A DNA stretch of 56,596 nt, filler included, from Sphacelaria rigidula (GCA_964200075.2; 6 parts of 6 records of this genome joined end to end with filler, not necessarily neighbours in it), one strand, 5' to 3'. Positions 36,642 to 50,458 are shown, counted from the first letter of the whole stretch. Notes: generated by a model from the letters alone, not told the origin. A program made the numbers and translations.

Positions 36642-37701
36642 GTCGTCTAGATGTCACCACTTCACGAAGAGACTCTTGCCTGACTTGTGCGTCCTCCAGC
36701 CCACGGAGTGTCCTCCACAGCTGTGCACTTCAAGTTGGCTACAAGTTGGTCTCCCCGGCTGCAGGCCAACCTGGGCTTCCAGCTGCGCCCCCTCTCCCCA
36801 GCCAAACTCCTCCAATAGAGTGCCGAAAAGAACAATATCTAGATAGATTGCGCTGTGTCCAGGGCGCTTCCAATTTTAATTCATTCCGGTGTCTGGGACG
36901 TTGCCGTCTCGGATTTCGGCGGTGAACCCGGAGTGGTCTCGGCTGGGCCCTCTACTCTAAAATGAAGGTCTGCCCGTAACTTATTTTGTATTAACAAGTG
37001 GTATTTATCTCCTTACGGTAGGTAGTGGAGGGATTGATGGACTCGTTTCAGTACCAAAACGCCCAGGTATCATCATGTAAATGCTTTGTTTTGTGTCTCG
37101 TTCGAATCACGTGTTGCATGAAAAACTACCTGTACTGCAGTATGGTTGCGTCCTTTCATTCCTTGCCAGAAACTACGACCCCCGCGCCTCGTACACAGTA
37201 CAGTTCATGATAACCAGAGCATGTCGGTGGCGTGTATTTCATGCATATCCGCTGTTGAACTTGTACGGTTTACTACTTCGTACGGCACGGAGCATGCGGC
37301 AGCACTAGATCGAAGAACTGGTACACCACACCTCCAAGTAAGTGCAACAACGATAGACTCGCTAGCATTTCTTCTGCGTGCTTTCGAATAAAGCATTATG
37401 AAACATGAGGAGCAATACCGTGACGGGCTGCCACAGGAGAGTACAACGCTGTAGTGCACAAGCGCGCTGGCACGGTGTCGGCAACACGGAAACGCTAGCG
37501 CGCGTGCTGCTCGAAAATAACGCGCAGAGGTTACCCTTTCGGTGTGGAGCCGATACTGTGTGCCAACCGCGGCGTGACGCCTGCGGCGGTACTACCTGCT
37601 CACTGCACAGCGGCAGGGTTCAGGGTGACAAAGCACACCGCAGAACGTCGCACCCTTAGTCTGTGTTCATGTGAACAGGTACACTGGGTGAACATGCACA
37701 C

Positions 37702-37801
37702 NNNNNNNNNNNNNNNNNNNNNNNNNNNNNNNNNNNNNNNNNNNNTTAATTAATTAANNNNNNNNNNNNNNNNNNNNNNNNNNNNNNNNNNNNNNNNNNN
37801 N
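37702..37801. other. Artificial scaffold linker
   Basis: N run with central TTAATTAATTAA, 100 nt in total. Confidence 0.98.
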
Positions 37802-40689
37802 AACCCCATTTTCGAAAATCGGCTGTTATTTATGGGATCGTGTCGTGTGCCTCGACTACCGGCCACTAGTAGTCCGGTCAAATTTGGCGAGGCGTAAGAT
37901 AATTCTGCTACTTTGGCTATAGGCTGTCGCTACCGTGCGCTCGTGTAGTGTACATTGATGTGTGTGAGCGTTGCCGGCATCCGAGGACACTTTCTACGAC
38001 CCCCCCCCCCCCAAAAGCCAGCTCAAAAGTGCCACGAAAAATGGCCATACAGCATCTGATGTTTGAGTTCAGGCTACATGAAGCGCCTCATATTGGCGAC
38101 ATGGGGTAGAACAAACCCAAGCGTGAGAATTCCCAGCTTCTCGTTGTGCTCGACTTTTCCCATTCCGATTTACGAGAAGATTTTGCCTCCCAGGACCATG
38201 CACTTTTGGGGGAGGGGGGGCTATCGTAGAAAGTATCCCAGGCCATCGGAACAGGGCGGGTAAGGAGCAGAAGCAAATCTCGCACAGCCCGCCAGAATTT
38301 TCGGTTTTTGTCAGTGTTTTTCGGTCTACTTGTTTCAAGAATTTCAACAAAAAATCACAAGAAAAAATGTCGAAAATTATGACAATTTTCCAAAAATTGC
38401 CCTCCGGGAGTTGCCCTCCGGGAGGGGGGGGGGCTTCGTGTCAGATTTTTTTCTCTCGACAGGCCCTTGGTGATAACACCGGTTTTAGCGACGAAAACAT
38501 TTCACCCTCAAAGTCACATAGCTTACAGCTAAGATCTTCGGGTCTGCAGGAAGAGCGTTCGCATTTTGGAGTCAAGTCACAGTCGCTTGCATCGGTAGAA
38601 ATAGACTCCAGCTTTCCAACTGCGCTGTTAGAGGGTTGGGCAAGGCATCCACCTCCTGATGAAGTCGTTGAGAAAAGATTCGGCTCGCAAAGTGAAGCCG
38701 AACAAAGGGGAGTTTAATCGACACTCGAGGACCATGGACAATACTTGACTACCAACGATGACAAGGCAAGTATAGAGTCAATTGACCCTACGCCAGCGTG
38801 CGCCATTGTCATGCGCTATGCGCACTGTACGTGATGTAGTACTCATCATGGTCAAGTGCTGGAACACGGCTGATGAACTTGACTCGTAAACTTCGATAGG
38901 ACTGACGAATCGTGAATGGTGAAAAATGCCGCATCATCTCGCGTGATTTTCTGTGGAGCAGAGTGCAGGTGCTTTGCTACAGATCCCGAGAGGCATTGAG
39001 ACGTTCAAGTCGTGTTTTGACCGTCAGGGCGGCTGATGTATGTGGGTCTGTTTGTCTTCTGTTCCATTCCAAGTAAACTTCATGCCCAAAACCCACGCTT
39101 CGGACGAGCCGCCCTTCGTCACCCGCAGAACAGGGACGTCTTTGACAGGTAGCAGCTGTAATGTTACGTACTATTTCGGCCTCAGTATGTTTTCATAGAA
39201 GAATATCGTCTCAGCATCCCGTTTTGTCGACTGTCTTGATATAGTAGAACGAAATAGTACACGGTATACCGTTGTGGGAATATCTCAAACGCGAGTTATT
39301 TTCAACACAAGGACAACGGCAACCTTACAGTAAAAGTAAGGTTACTGTTGAATATACAGGAAACCTCACTCGAGGGATATTAAGCAGCAAGGTTACCATA
39401 ACGTTATACTGTTTAATATATTGGAATCCTCGAGTTTGATAAACCTTCAGTGTGCTGGGTCAGAATCACGATTTTAGACCAAGGAGGTAATATTGGTGAA
39501 CCGGTCACATTAATCCTCTCGATGCCGGTACAATAACAACATATTTGCGTGAAGTCGTCGACAAATCCCATGGTTGAGCAGTATTTGCTTTCAGCGTAGA
39601 TTATCATAAATGGACATTTCAGGGATGACAATCCCACGTGTCCGCCGGCGTTCGCTGGACGTCTTTTTACTCCCAAATCGGCGCCGTAGTCGCCGATTTG
39701 AGCTCCGCGAACGCACACTCGCGCCTTAGGTCACTATTCACCCCTCCCGCTGCCGGAGGGTTCTCAGTATACCTGGGGTTGGGCTGTGCAGTTGGGATGG
39801 ATTTGGGATATACAAGGTGTGTTCAACCATGAATTTCGTCGACCAGTGAGGATAGACATGCCTCTTCTTACAAGCGCCAGTACCTCCTTCTTGATGCGGT
39901 GTGAATAAAATCACTGTCCGCAAAATATCACATCTTTCTAGAGCTCGATCCTATGAACGCCCGCACCTGAAGAAGAACTGGTGCGCGTCTGGTCGTAAAA
40001 TTCTGTTGAACCCTTCAACCGCCAGGGTGGGTCACGTGTTGTACCGGTATCGTACCCACTCGGAAACTGGATTCAATACCCAGATGGCCCGCGCTGGCGG
40101 CCAAAGGCTCCACAATATTATGAAACCTTTGACCGCCAACGTGGGTCATCTGGGTCTTGCATCCATTTTTCCAAGAGAAAAATGAAGCCGATGCAACAAG
40201 GTGGCTCAACCTGACGCAGGCAAATCTTTGTTTCAGCTTCCAGTCAGATCAACTACTGCTGAAAACCGACACCATTTATTTCACTTGATAGATGAAATCC
40301 AAGTAGTGTGTAGTAATACTTTCAAAAATTAAGTCCATATCATCATGATTTTAATGTTATACACCAGAAAAGGGTCAAGACTCGAGCAACTCGGAAATTT
40401 CGATAAGTATGATCAGAATAATGTAACATATATTCTCGAAAACAGAGTTTCTCCGATACCAGAGGTGCGGAGACTCTTTCGATACGCGCTATTATCGTCA
40501 TCATCTCCCGACGGGCAGTTCCATTTCAGGTCCCGAGGCGTCACACAACAACCACACCACCAACAATACTAGCACCAACAACGAGACGACGACGACGACG
40601 ACGACAACAACGCAGCATCACTTCACGTACCACCTGCACGGGATCATATCATCACGTTTACGGCCGTACCAAGTACTCGAAGCTCAAGC

Positions 40690-41259
40690 ATGGCTCCTCT
40701 CACGGCCGACACCATAGCCAAGCACAACTCTCGACAACAACGACTAAGATTTTCTGACACAGTTACCCCCCTTGCGCCAACCGAAGATCGCACGTCTACC
40801 CTCCAAATTCACCAGTTCTGCTCCGCCCCGCCGCTACGGTGCTCCAATGAAAGCCCCACCACCAGCCAATACACCATAGGCGATGGCTTCGGTTGGAGCC
40901 ACCTAGGTAGGCCGATGGGGTCGGCTCGAGACCAGTACATTTTCGATTCGGAGACTCAACCGCCCCCAGTCGACAAGGGGCATCTCTACACCAGGGCGTA
41001 CAAGTTCCCGCAGCATGTACAACTACAACCAGTAGTACAAGTCCCAGATGCTAGCGAGGACAGCGAAGATGAGGATGTGGAAAATATGCAAAACTTCGCT
41101 CCGATACAAGGCGATCTTGTGCTCAACGCTAACCCAGAGGAGGTCGCCGAGCGCAAATTTGCGACCGTGCTGTGTCTAGGCGCGGGAATGTCGGTTGTCA
41201 AGCACAACCGCAGTGGGCGGGGACGCTTCGTTCGTCGCATCCTTAAGTTTGACGCTCAG
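40690..41259 (+). CDS. First coding exon (190 aa) of a probable PH-domain protein
   Basis: ATG in agcATGG context, 570-nt open frame, CAG|GTACGT donor. Ends GMSVVKHNRSGRGRFVRRILKFDAQ, resembling a PH beta1-beta2 start. A candidate last exon lies at 45292-45382. Confidence 0.7.
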
Positions 41260-43929
41260 GTACGTCGGTGATGTCGAAAGTATGTTGCATGATTTTTGGA
41301 TGTTGGGTTCCACGGTTGTTCTGCGTTTTGTGCGCGAGAGAAATATTGGTGAGTTTGCTCCAGAGTGCTTCAGTCAGCCACGGACTGAAATTTTCGTAAG
41401 TCTTGAGTGAACCCGTGGCACACACGCGAGTGTCGAAGCGATGGCGTTAGCAGCGTGTACTAGTGGCGCGTGCTCGCGTGCGCGGTATGCGATGGGATTT
41501 CGCGCTTCGCTGCAGTGTGACTGCCGAATCATCAGCAGCAAGCAACCACGACAGCACGTTCTTCAAATGAGGGGTACAGCCAAACACGGCCTTGCAGTAC
41601 TAACTCACTTGTACCCGTACCCAGTGCACATCCTGCTGTATCAACTACAGGATGTTCTACCAAATCTTCAGTGAAGAAACCCGTGCTGTTCGTATCCATG
41701 TCCGATTTCTTCACACATGGGTCATCATCGCTCTCACTAGAGCAGGAAACGTACTCATCACTCCACAGTTTTTCGTTGGTTGAATCCAGCGCGAAGTCTC
41801 AACTCGCGACTATGGCATTTATCATGTCGTGTATGTGTAGTATGAAACAACCCTCCGACGAAGTGTTCTTTTTGGTTGCTGCTCGCGCTTCGTCTTCAAC
41901 TCGTGGCCTGCGATGGTCGCATCTTCTCTTTATATGCGAGGTACCAAAGTTGGGTAAACTGTACTTTATATATCTCTTATCCTCGCGAACGGCACAAGAA
42001 AATTAAGTGGTCGTTACAGTGACTGTGCCACCGTTCAATGGTGTCGCGTTCTCGTATTTGTAACACCGCTTTCTTTGTTCACCCATATGAAATTCCCCTT
42101 TATTTTCACCCACGGGATCGATCGTGTGTCGAGCTGACCTCTTAGCCGGGCACTCTGCCTAACGCCCGCACGTGTCGATCTCAAACATTCGCCATCCCAA
42201 ATCAAGGGTCGTGGGGTGTTTCCGCTCTGTGCAAGTCGAAATTTGTATGGTGTGGTGCACGATGATATTAGAGGTATCTGCAAGCTTCCTTGTATATTCG
42301 AATGTAAATTACGCTGGGATACACAGGGAACGTCGAATTTGATACAACTCTACTGTATTATTAATAGAACCTCAGAAGACCAGTAGGTCAGTCTTTTCCC
42401 GCTACTTGCCATCTGACCTGCCCGAAAACCCACTTAGCTTCGAAACGCTCGAGGGATGGAACCAGCAGTTGCTATGTGTCCCCCTTCAATTCGGTTTCGG
42501 CGTAACGACTTTTTGTTTCGACCACGTCCGCCGTCAGTTTGTACACACACGTGCAGTCACGCGCCGCACCCGCACGGGTGCGACCTGCAGCATCTTTGAC
42601 AGACGGAGATTATCAGCGTAGCAGAAGAGGTGTACAAAGTGCATGCAACTCTCGAATTGTTGGGCGGGCTACCGAAGTGCGGATTGATTCACGATTCATC
42701 TGTTCGTGATCTTGCATTGAGGCGAACTGTAGCTTTGGGTGAAAACACATGGTCGATTTCGAACAAGCTAACCGTAACACTACAACCTTGACCCTAACCC
42801 CGACCCAATGACTCCGAGAACCCGCAGGCGAAGGGGGTGCAAAGGTTCTCCTGGCCAAAGTGTGCGTTGGCTGACCTCAAATCGACGCCGCTGCCATCGA
42901 TTTGGACAAAAGCACGTTCTGGAAGAGCTCGGTCCACTGCTCACCTACTTCACACCATCAATCTTCTCAGAACTTTTGGTCCTCTAAAATCAAGTATAAT
43001 AGTCATCCTATCAATCATAGATTTTCGCCCGAATCTATAATGCTCTACTGCCTGCATTTCATGTATCCTCTTGACGGTGGAACCATTATTTAGCACGTAG
43101 GATGCATGCATGCGAGATATTTGATACAAAATAATGCACGTCTATACCTATACATATATGTGTAAACCCATGGGGAGATACACGACAGTAGTCCTGAAGC
43201 AAATCGAGGTCCAAGTCACATTCATTGACATCCCAACTAATTTCGATCTCCCACATTTGTGCTGTGGAATGCTGCAGATAACGAAAGGTGGTTTTATTAA
43301 TAAATCAGGATAGGGTACGAGTGTTCGAGGGTGACTCGTTCAAAGCATTGAGCACCCGAGAGTACTCATCCCCCACAATGCTCAGTCAGTACATGAGTAC
43401 CCACAAACGCCCGCACTAGGATGATACCGACCCCTAATGCTGGGGGTGGGCCAGGGTACCTGGATCTCGGCTGGGAAACTACCGAGCATTCTGCTGTACA
43501 ACGGTAACCGCAGCATCGACCACCTAAAATACCGAGTACCATAAAAGTCATCATCGTAGCACCCTCCTCTGTTGTGGCACGATGCAAACTGTAATGAACG
43601 CGATATTTGGGTCTCGCACCCTCCCCCCCTTCAACCCCCAGACGATACGAAATGCAGCCTCGACCCTTACCCTTCGCGGCATGAAGAAAAGACGCGCGTA
43701 GTAGGCAGATTAGATGCGTTCCTTCATATTTCTTTGTACGCTCATGGAAGACCACACACCAACGAAAGTGAAAAATAAATAGCTGGTTCTACAGTTTCTT
43801 TCGCACTGTATTGTGCTGTTTTTTTCACCACCGACGATGTGCTGCGACTCTTTGGTTTTTGCACCCAATGCGCCCTCGCTCCTCCTGCTGCGACGGAGCT
43901 CTTTAATTATCCCCCCCCCCCCCCCCCTC

Positions 43930-44055
43930 CCAAGCGCCGGAATGTTGGAGGTGTCTTCATTAGGAGTAGGAACGGTGCTCCCTCTCGAAAGGGGTGCATG
44001 ATCATTCGTCAAACGACTAACGCAAGCAACGACTGAGTACGCGCCCCCCTCCCTC
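43930..44055 (+). mobile_element. LINE 3'-end fragment
   Basis: Encodes RNVGGVFIRSRNGAPSRKGC and carries the same 3' UTR as 47870-47970. Confidence 0.75.
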
Positions 44056-44059
44056 AGTC

Positions 44060-44316
44060 GAGTCGTGCCATGGTTGGGGTGCACAAAGTATTTCTCAGGC
44101 TTGAATTGTTGAGAGCCCTTCTTCATCTCATTCAAGGCAAAACTGGGGACATATGTGCGGGCATGCCACGATTCGCCTCACGATAGGAATGGGATGTGTC
44201 GACTGAATTTTTTAACGAGTATCTTGACCTATACTCTTGTGTAGCTTCTAGCGTCAGGGATCCCTCGAAGAGAAGCATCTGAGCCCAAATGTGCACCCCC
44301 TTCCGTGGCATGAGTC
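44060..44316. mobile_element. Sola2-like MITE (257 bp, diverged), TSD AGTC
   Basis: agtc|gagtcgtgccatggttggggtgcac ... gtgcacccccttccgtggcatgagtc|agtc. Confidence 0.7.
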
Positions 44317-44850
44317 AGTCGTAGCACCGTGCGATCTGTCACGGTCGAGTCCAATTATATCTCGCACCCGATGCTGCGACAAAGGCTATCTCGCATTATT
44401 CCAGGGTGCGTCGAGTAATAATGGCGACTTCACCCTATTCTGAGTACCTTCGAAGCGCTGTCTAACACAAGCGTCACGCTTCCCAACGTTGAAGGAACCT
44501 CTCATGAAATCAGTAGCAAAGTTGCTATTGTTACTGTTCATTATTCACCACTACTAAACTATGCGCGAATTAGTCGACGAAATACATGGCTGAAATGATG
44601 GTACTCAGTTTTAGTCTAGTGTGAGTTTACCTACCTCTTCCGTAAAGTTTCATTTAGTGCAGCCAGCTGTTTTCCACATTTATTTTCGGAAAAACATGAC
44701 CCCCAAACGTTGAAGAAATCGAGAAGAAGAGGGTTCGGGGGGGTAGGGCGGGCGTGCGGGCGGGCGGGGGGGGGGGGGGGGGGGTGGGGGGGAGGGCTGG
44801 GCTGGGCATTTGGATTCAGGTTGGGGGTAGACTAGAACGTGACTTGTTGT

Positions 44851-44920
<70 letters not shown>

Positions 44921-46043
44921 GCGCTAGGCGGCAGGTCTGTGCTAGTCACTTGAATTCAGTTTGGTAGTAGACTACAACGTGACTTGAGTGTAGTTTTATA
45001 TTGCTTGATCTGAGTGTGGTTATCAAGTGCTTGAATTTCGTGTGGTGGTAGACTACTTGATTTCAGTGCACATTTTGATCAACCTTTGATGAGTATATGG
45101 ACAGTGCACATAGTGTTTGGATATTGCTCGCGGAGTATTATATCTGCTTGCGAATAAGCGTCTCCGTACGACTAACATAATCATGCAGTAATTCATATCA
45201 AGGCTCGCCAGCTCCATACCATCGTCGAATACGATTACTACTGTATATTCGAAAGTGACCGCGGGTCAGACAAGATTCGGCCCGTTTGCAGTAACCGCAA
45301 CCTTTACGGCGTTCAGAGCAAGAAGACTGCCGCGCAGATGTTGCGAAACATGCTCGCTGCTTGCGCCTTTAAACATGAATGAGAGTGCGAAGTTGGTTGC
45401 AACCAAGCGGCACAAATCCCCGGCAAAAAAAAATCGACTGCGTTCGTTCGTCGAAAGTGACCCGGGTCAGCAGGATATCCCCCCCCGCCGCCGCCCACTC
45501 CTGTTGTCCTCCTACACGTTTTTTCATCGCGCACGTACACTGTACGTGTAGCCTTCCAGCGCACGAGCGTGTTTGGCGCCTCAAGACTTCGCCTCGACAC
45601 CAACGCGGCACATTGCGGCAACATACAGATTGAAATCACGTGCTTTTGTTCGAAAAATCAGGTCCAAAAAGGGGGTTCGTAGGGAGAGGGGGTTGGTCAT
45701 TTCCAATCCTGATGTACTCCTGGTGGTCCACGTGCTGGGGGCTATCTGAGAGATGTAGCGATTGCGGGGTGGCAGCCCGTATCCATTTGCTATGAACAGC
45801 GCGTTCTGTGCGTTCAACTTTTATTTGCAGTTGGCTCCTGTCTCCCTCGCAGCACCAACCAGCAGCGCTGTATCCTCTTCGAGATGGCAGTGTGCGTCTT
45901 CACCGAGATAACCTGCCTAAATATTCCTTTCTTCTTGGAGAACTCCCTTTTCTGTGAGTCTCTTGTCCTTCTTCGTCCCCCACGACGACACTGGCAGCCA
46001 CCTGGTCAAGCGGTTCCTCATGTACATTCGTATCACATGCGTC

Positions 46044-46476
46044 AACACGGGATGTTGCAAACTGGGAATGGGTTTTTTATTGGGGATGAAACTCGGATAA
46101 CTAAAATCGTCGTATCCACATAAAATCTTCGAAGTATGCTTCCATTTCTTCACTTGCTGGTAGCAATAATTGACAACTGCTACACGCCATACAAATTTGG
46201 ATTCCGATGACCGAAATGTCGGGGTCCTAGGTGAAGAACCAATTTTGGTGTCCGATCGGACCACCCAAATCCCTCAAAATTGGTTTTTCACCTAGAATCC
46301 CGACATTTCGATTACCTAAACCCATATTCGTGTGGCGTGTAGAAGTTTTCAATAGCTACCAGCAAGTGAAGAAATGGGACCATGTTTCGAAGATTTGGTG
46401 TGGATACGAAGATCATAATTCTCCGGGTTCTCATCCCCGATAAATAATCCATGCCCAATTTGTAACATCCCGTGTT
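46044..46476. mobile_element. Fold-back MITE with ~205-bp TIRs, AAC...GTT termini, flanks CGTC/CGTT
   Basis: Arms are reverse-complementary from aacacgggatgttgcaaa to gaaccaattttg, with a ~25-nt spacer. A related end lies at ~33110-33155. Confidence 0.85.
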
Positions 46477-46618
46477 CGTTACTGTCGTGAGTGTGTGTTG
46501 TTAAAACAGTTTAGCTATGGACCGTGCCAGTGTATTTCAGTTGTTGCTTTGTTAATACGGAGCTCGTGGGTCACGCTGAAAGTTATTCAAATTGACGTCC
46601 ATGGATGCAACTAAATCT

Positions 46619-46924
46619 GACAATAGTTTCGTGAGGTTGAGAGCAAAGCATCGATTGAGAGTGGGTTATATCATTCGCTTTAACCTGATCATTTTTTCAC
46701 TCTGTGTGTGCTCTTTGTCTGGGAAACTGGCGTGTGCTTATAGCTACACGTCGATGTCCTACTCAGGGACATCTAGGGCTGGCTTCAGTGGCAAAGTACT
46801 ACAGAGAGCGTATCGGGTTTCGAGAGAGGCATCTCGGGAGTGAAACTATTCACTATTCATTCATTTACTGGCAGCTTTTCACTCTCAATCGCATTCTCTA
46901 CTCTCAATCCACGAAAACATTGTT
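46619..46924. mobile_element. MITE, same family as 25869-26168
   Basis: gacaatagtttcgtgaggttgagag ... ctctcaatccacgaaaacattgtt. Confidence 0.75.
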
Positions 46925-47149
46925 ATCCATGGAAGACCGTGGATATATTTATAAGCCCTGCATAAAATTCTCAAGCAGAATGCAAACCACACCGTCCGCG
47001 TATTGTACTCATGTTTGGAGGGATGCTACGCTAGGGGTACATGAATACTTTGAGGTTAGAATTGTTGGCCCTATATGAGCCCTTTAACAACAAATTGTGC
47101 GAATTGAGGTTTAACTTCGAGATGAGGCTCAAGCCCAAAACAGTGCTTT

Positions 47150-47249
47150 NNNNNNNNNNNNNNNNNNNNNNNNNNNNNNNNNNNNNNNNNNNNTTAATTA
47201 ATTAANNNNNNNNNNNNNNNNNNNNNNNNNNNNNNNNNNNNNNNNNNNN
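47150..47249. other. Artificial scaffold linker
   Basis: N run with central TTAATTAATTAA, 100 nt in total. Confidence 0.98.
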
Positions 47250-47339
47250 AAGAGTAGAAAAAAAAGAGAGAGAAAAAGAAAAAAAAAGATTAAAAACAAT
47301 TCGAAAAGGGGGGGGGGGGGGGGGGGGGGGGACGAGAGA

Positions 47340-47970
47340 CAAAACAAAAAGGTAAGAGACGTGATGGAAATAAGGGGGAAATGAGCGCTGATACGCAAAG
47401 TAGACGAGAAAAAACACCTGAAGACATACGGGGGGTTGAGAGGGGATAGGGATGAACACATATCTGCATGGCCCAATGGACGCGACGAAAACTTGGAACT
47501 CCGATTTCGGGTTGGGGACCTGGACCTGCCAAAAATACGGAAGGCATTTACCAGTAATCGTGTGGAGGAGGGTGTAGATGCACAGAATTTCCCCTTTGGC
47601 AAGGCAATAGAGAGCAGAAGTCATGTAGTGATAGAATGTGAACTATACAAGGAGGAACGGGACGTGCTAGAGGGGGAAATGCGGGGCGTGAATGGAGATG
47701 GCATGAAATCGTTTGATGCGTTAGACAGTAGCGACAAAACGATGGCTATACTAGGGGATAGATTGTGGCCAGAGACGGCGGAGCAGGACGGAGATGAGAT
47801 ATGTAAGAGATTCTTGTGTAATGTACGGAAGGAACATAATGAGCACCCAAGTGTTGGAGGTGTCTCTACTAGAAATAGGAACGGTGCTCCGTCTCGAAAG
47901 GAATGCATGGTCGATGGCTGAACGACCAAACCCTGTAACAAAATGAGTACGCTTCCCCCTCCCCCCCAGA
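47340..47970 (+). mobile_element. LINE ORF2 C-terminus (degenerate CCHC zinc finger) and 3' UTR
   Basis: LELRFRVGDLDLP..GKAIESRSHVVIECELYKEERD..ILGDRLWP..RNGAPSRK. This is an RTEX/L2-like C-terminal pattern; the clade is uncertain. Confidence 0.8.
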
Positions 47971-50308
47971 CCATAATTTGCGTTGAATTCGTACCCATCA
48001 GCACCACCTTACAATTCAAGCAGTCGGGAGACTTCGTGTTGGAAAGAAATCTATTTCACAGATGCATACAACTTTGGCGGTAGATCGAGTTACAATCGAG
48101 CAAGAACAGCAATATACCTAGAACGTAGAACATACAGTACGCGAGGGTTTTGACCGTAGGGTTACGTCGGATTGATGGGACGTATGGCTCGAGTTCGTGT
48201 CAGAATAGTGAAGAGCTGAGTCTATAGTGTCAAGCGTTCATGGATGTAGAGTGTGTGGTCTTGGGAGTTCAGGTCGTACAGTTCATAGTGCGAAATGCTT
48301 CTTGGGACAGCACAGTGTTTTTGGATGCCACCTCGTGATCGCTCTCCATTTTTTATCCACTCAAACCTATCAGCTTGTTATTGGTTTTGGCGTGAATAAG
48401 GAACCAAGTGTTCTATTGTATATACTTGGCCGGATGAAGCGCCAACCTCGAAACATCTCATCTTCTTCAATTGTACGAGCAAGCGTTGAAAACTCTGTGC
48501 GAGCTCTTTAGTTTGAGCTGGGTTCACGTGGTGAACCGTGTTCCCGTCGAATTAGACAGTCAAACGTCTTGGGCATTTTACAGAAGCCACAGCCATACAC
48601 TCTTTCCAGGATTCGTGTTTCACTCTATTTCCTCGGTCGAACAATTTTCGACCAGCCACCCAAATGTCGACGTCTGGTCAACATCATTTCCGAGGGGGAT
48701 ATCGGTCGGAGAGAAACGACCATGTTCGTTGCATCATCATTCAGCTTATTTTGACCTCATGCACTTTTTCCTCTTAAATTTTGTTTTCACGCAAGGTCAT
48801 GACCAAGAACCCGCGGCCTCTCAACTCCACATCGCAACCCGCCACATCAGCAGCACTACCGACACGCACATACATGAGGAACGACACGTCGCCATTAGCA
48901 GCAGCCACCGTTGCGCTACCCTTTGGTAATGAGTTTACCTCACGGTCATTCGGGGAACCATCATCGCCTAGACACCGCTGAAGACAAGGTAGCACGTGAT
49001 GGAAGCGCGATCGACGGTAGCGGCACAGCACAACCCACAACACGCAGAACATGTCATACGACATTCGAGCACTCGAAATAGATTACGCACCACTTCATAT
49101 ATACGATACAGGAGACATTCTCGACGAATACATCTCAACCTCATCCTCCCGTCCGCTCACGAAATTCCATCATGCAATACGCAAGGCGACATAGCAGATG
49201 ACCGTAGTGCATGCGTGCCTGCGCCCCCAATCTACCCCATCTCTCCTCCTGTCGCTCCCAGACGTGAACGTGCGCTCACTTCGAGCAACACAAACTATCA
49301 CCACTTGACATATGGGTGCATGTTATATATTCGACATATGTTTATATGTATCGTGATCTGCCCACCCTCACGGGTGAACATGGGCATTGGCTCTCCCTCT
49401 GGTGACATCACACACGCCTAACACACAAATATCGAGCTACACGACCACCACTTCACCTAATGCGGGACACTGACATTGCACATGACTTGGAATCAAGAGC
49501 GCGTGCGGCATGCCAAGGCAGGCCAATATGGAAACAGGGCGACGGATGCCAAAATATTCACCCCTGTCTCCCGCACAAACACAAAACAAAATTCTGGATG
49601 GAAAAACATCTACAGCCTCACAACTGCCCCTTATTTCGCTCGCAAAATCAGCATCCTGTCTTTGGTTTCGATCTACATCACCCCTGACGCCCCCAGAAGT
49701 GACCACCTGCTCTCTTCGAGCACAATAAGATAGGCGTGTAGACGCGCACCCGCGTCTTCCTATCTATCCCGCCTCTCCTCCAGTTCGTACGAGCGAATAG
49801 TAAAAACATACTCGGGAGCGGTACACGAATCCACGTGGCACATATGCGTGCTTGATTTAAATTGAACCTATCCAACCCTGTCGCTCCCAGGAGTGTACTG
49901 CCCACTAAACCGCCCACTTCGAGCAGTACAAATTTTCACGAGATGTGTGCGGGCTCATCTCTACCCTGCTCCATGTCTCGTGTTATGCAGTATCATCAGA
50001 TCTACCCACGTCGGACTACTCCTCCACAGATATTTATACCGTTAGAGGCACTTTGATGCCTTCATGCTATACCCTCCAGCCAGTCAGGTGATGAAAGCCT
50101 CGCTTTTCATCGTACCTCAGTTGACCCATGATCAGACCCTGGCTTATGACCACAAGCACCCCACTGCCTTACGCATGTCTTGCCTACGCTGCTCCCCAGA
50201 GTTGACGGTAAACCACACCGAGCAATTACACCCAGCGCCTCCTTCACACACCGGCGATTAGTGCACTCTCCTCTACTCCGGACCCCACAGACCATCTGCA
50301 GCAGACAT

Positions 50309-50458
50309 GATACGTGCGGTGGGAATAGGGGAAGAGGAGCGTGAGTGAATGCAGGGCGAACTATAAGGTCCACGGCTTCAGTAGATACGTGCGGTGGGAA
50401 TATGGGAGGAGGGGCGTGAGTGAATGCAGGGCGAACTATAAGGTCCACGGCGTCAGTA
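50309..50458. repeat. Direct tandem duplication, 2 x 75 bp
   Basis: gatacgtgcggtgggaata...aaggtccacggc(t/g)tcagta occurs twice. Confidence 0.9.

Noticed and set aside
44680..44949. Poly-Pro ORF
   Set aside because: It is the translation of poly-G runs, which may be sequencing or assembly artefacts.
48200..50100. Cluster of short overlapping ORFs, possibly viral or TE-derived
   Set aside because: No recognisable motif or long frame; I cannot support a call. I also recognised no phaeovirus core gene, Fanzor/TnpB or tyrosine recombinase motif anywhere in the window.
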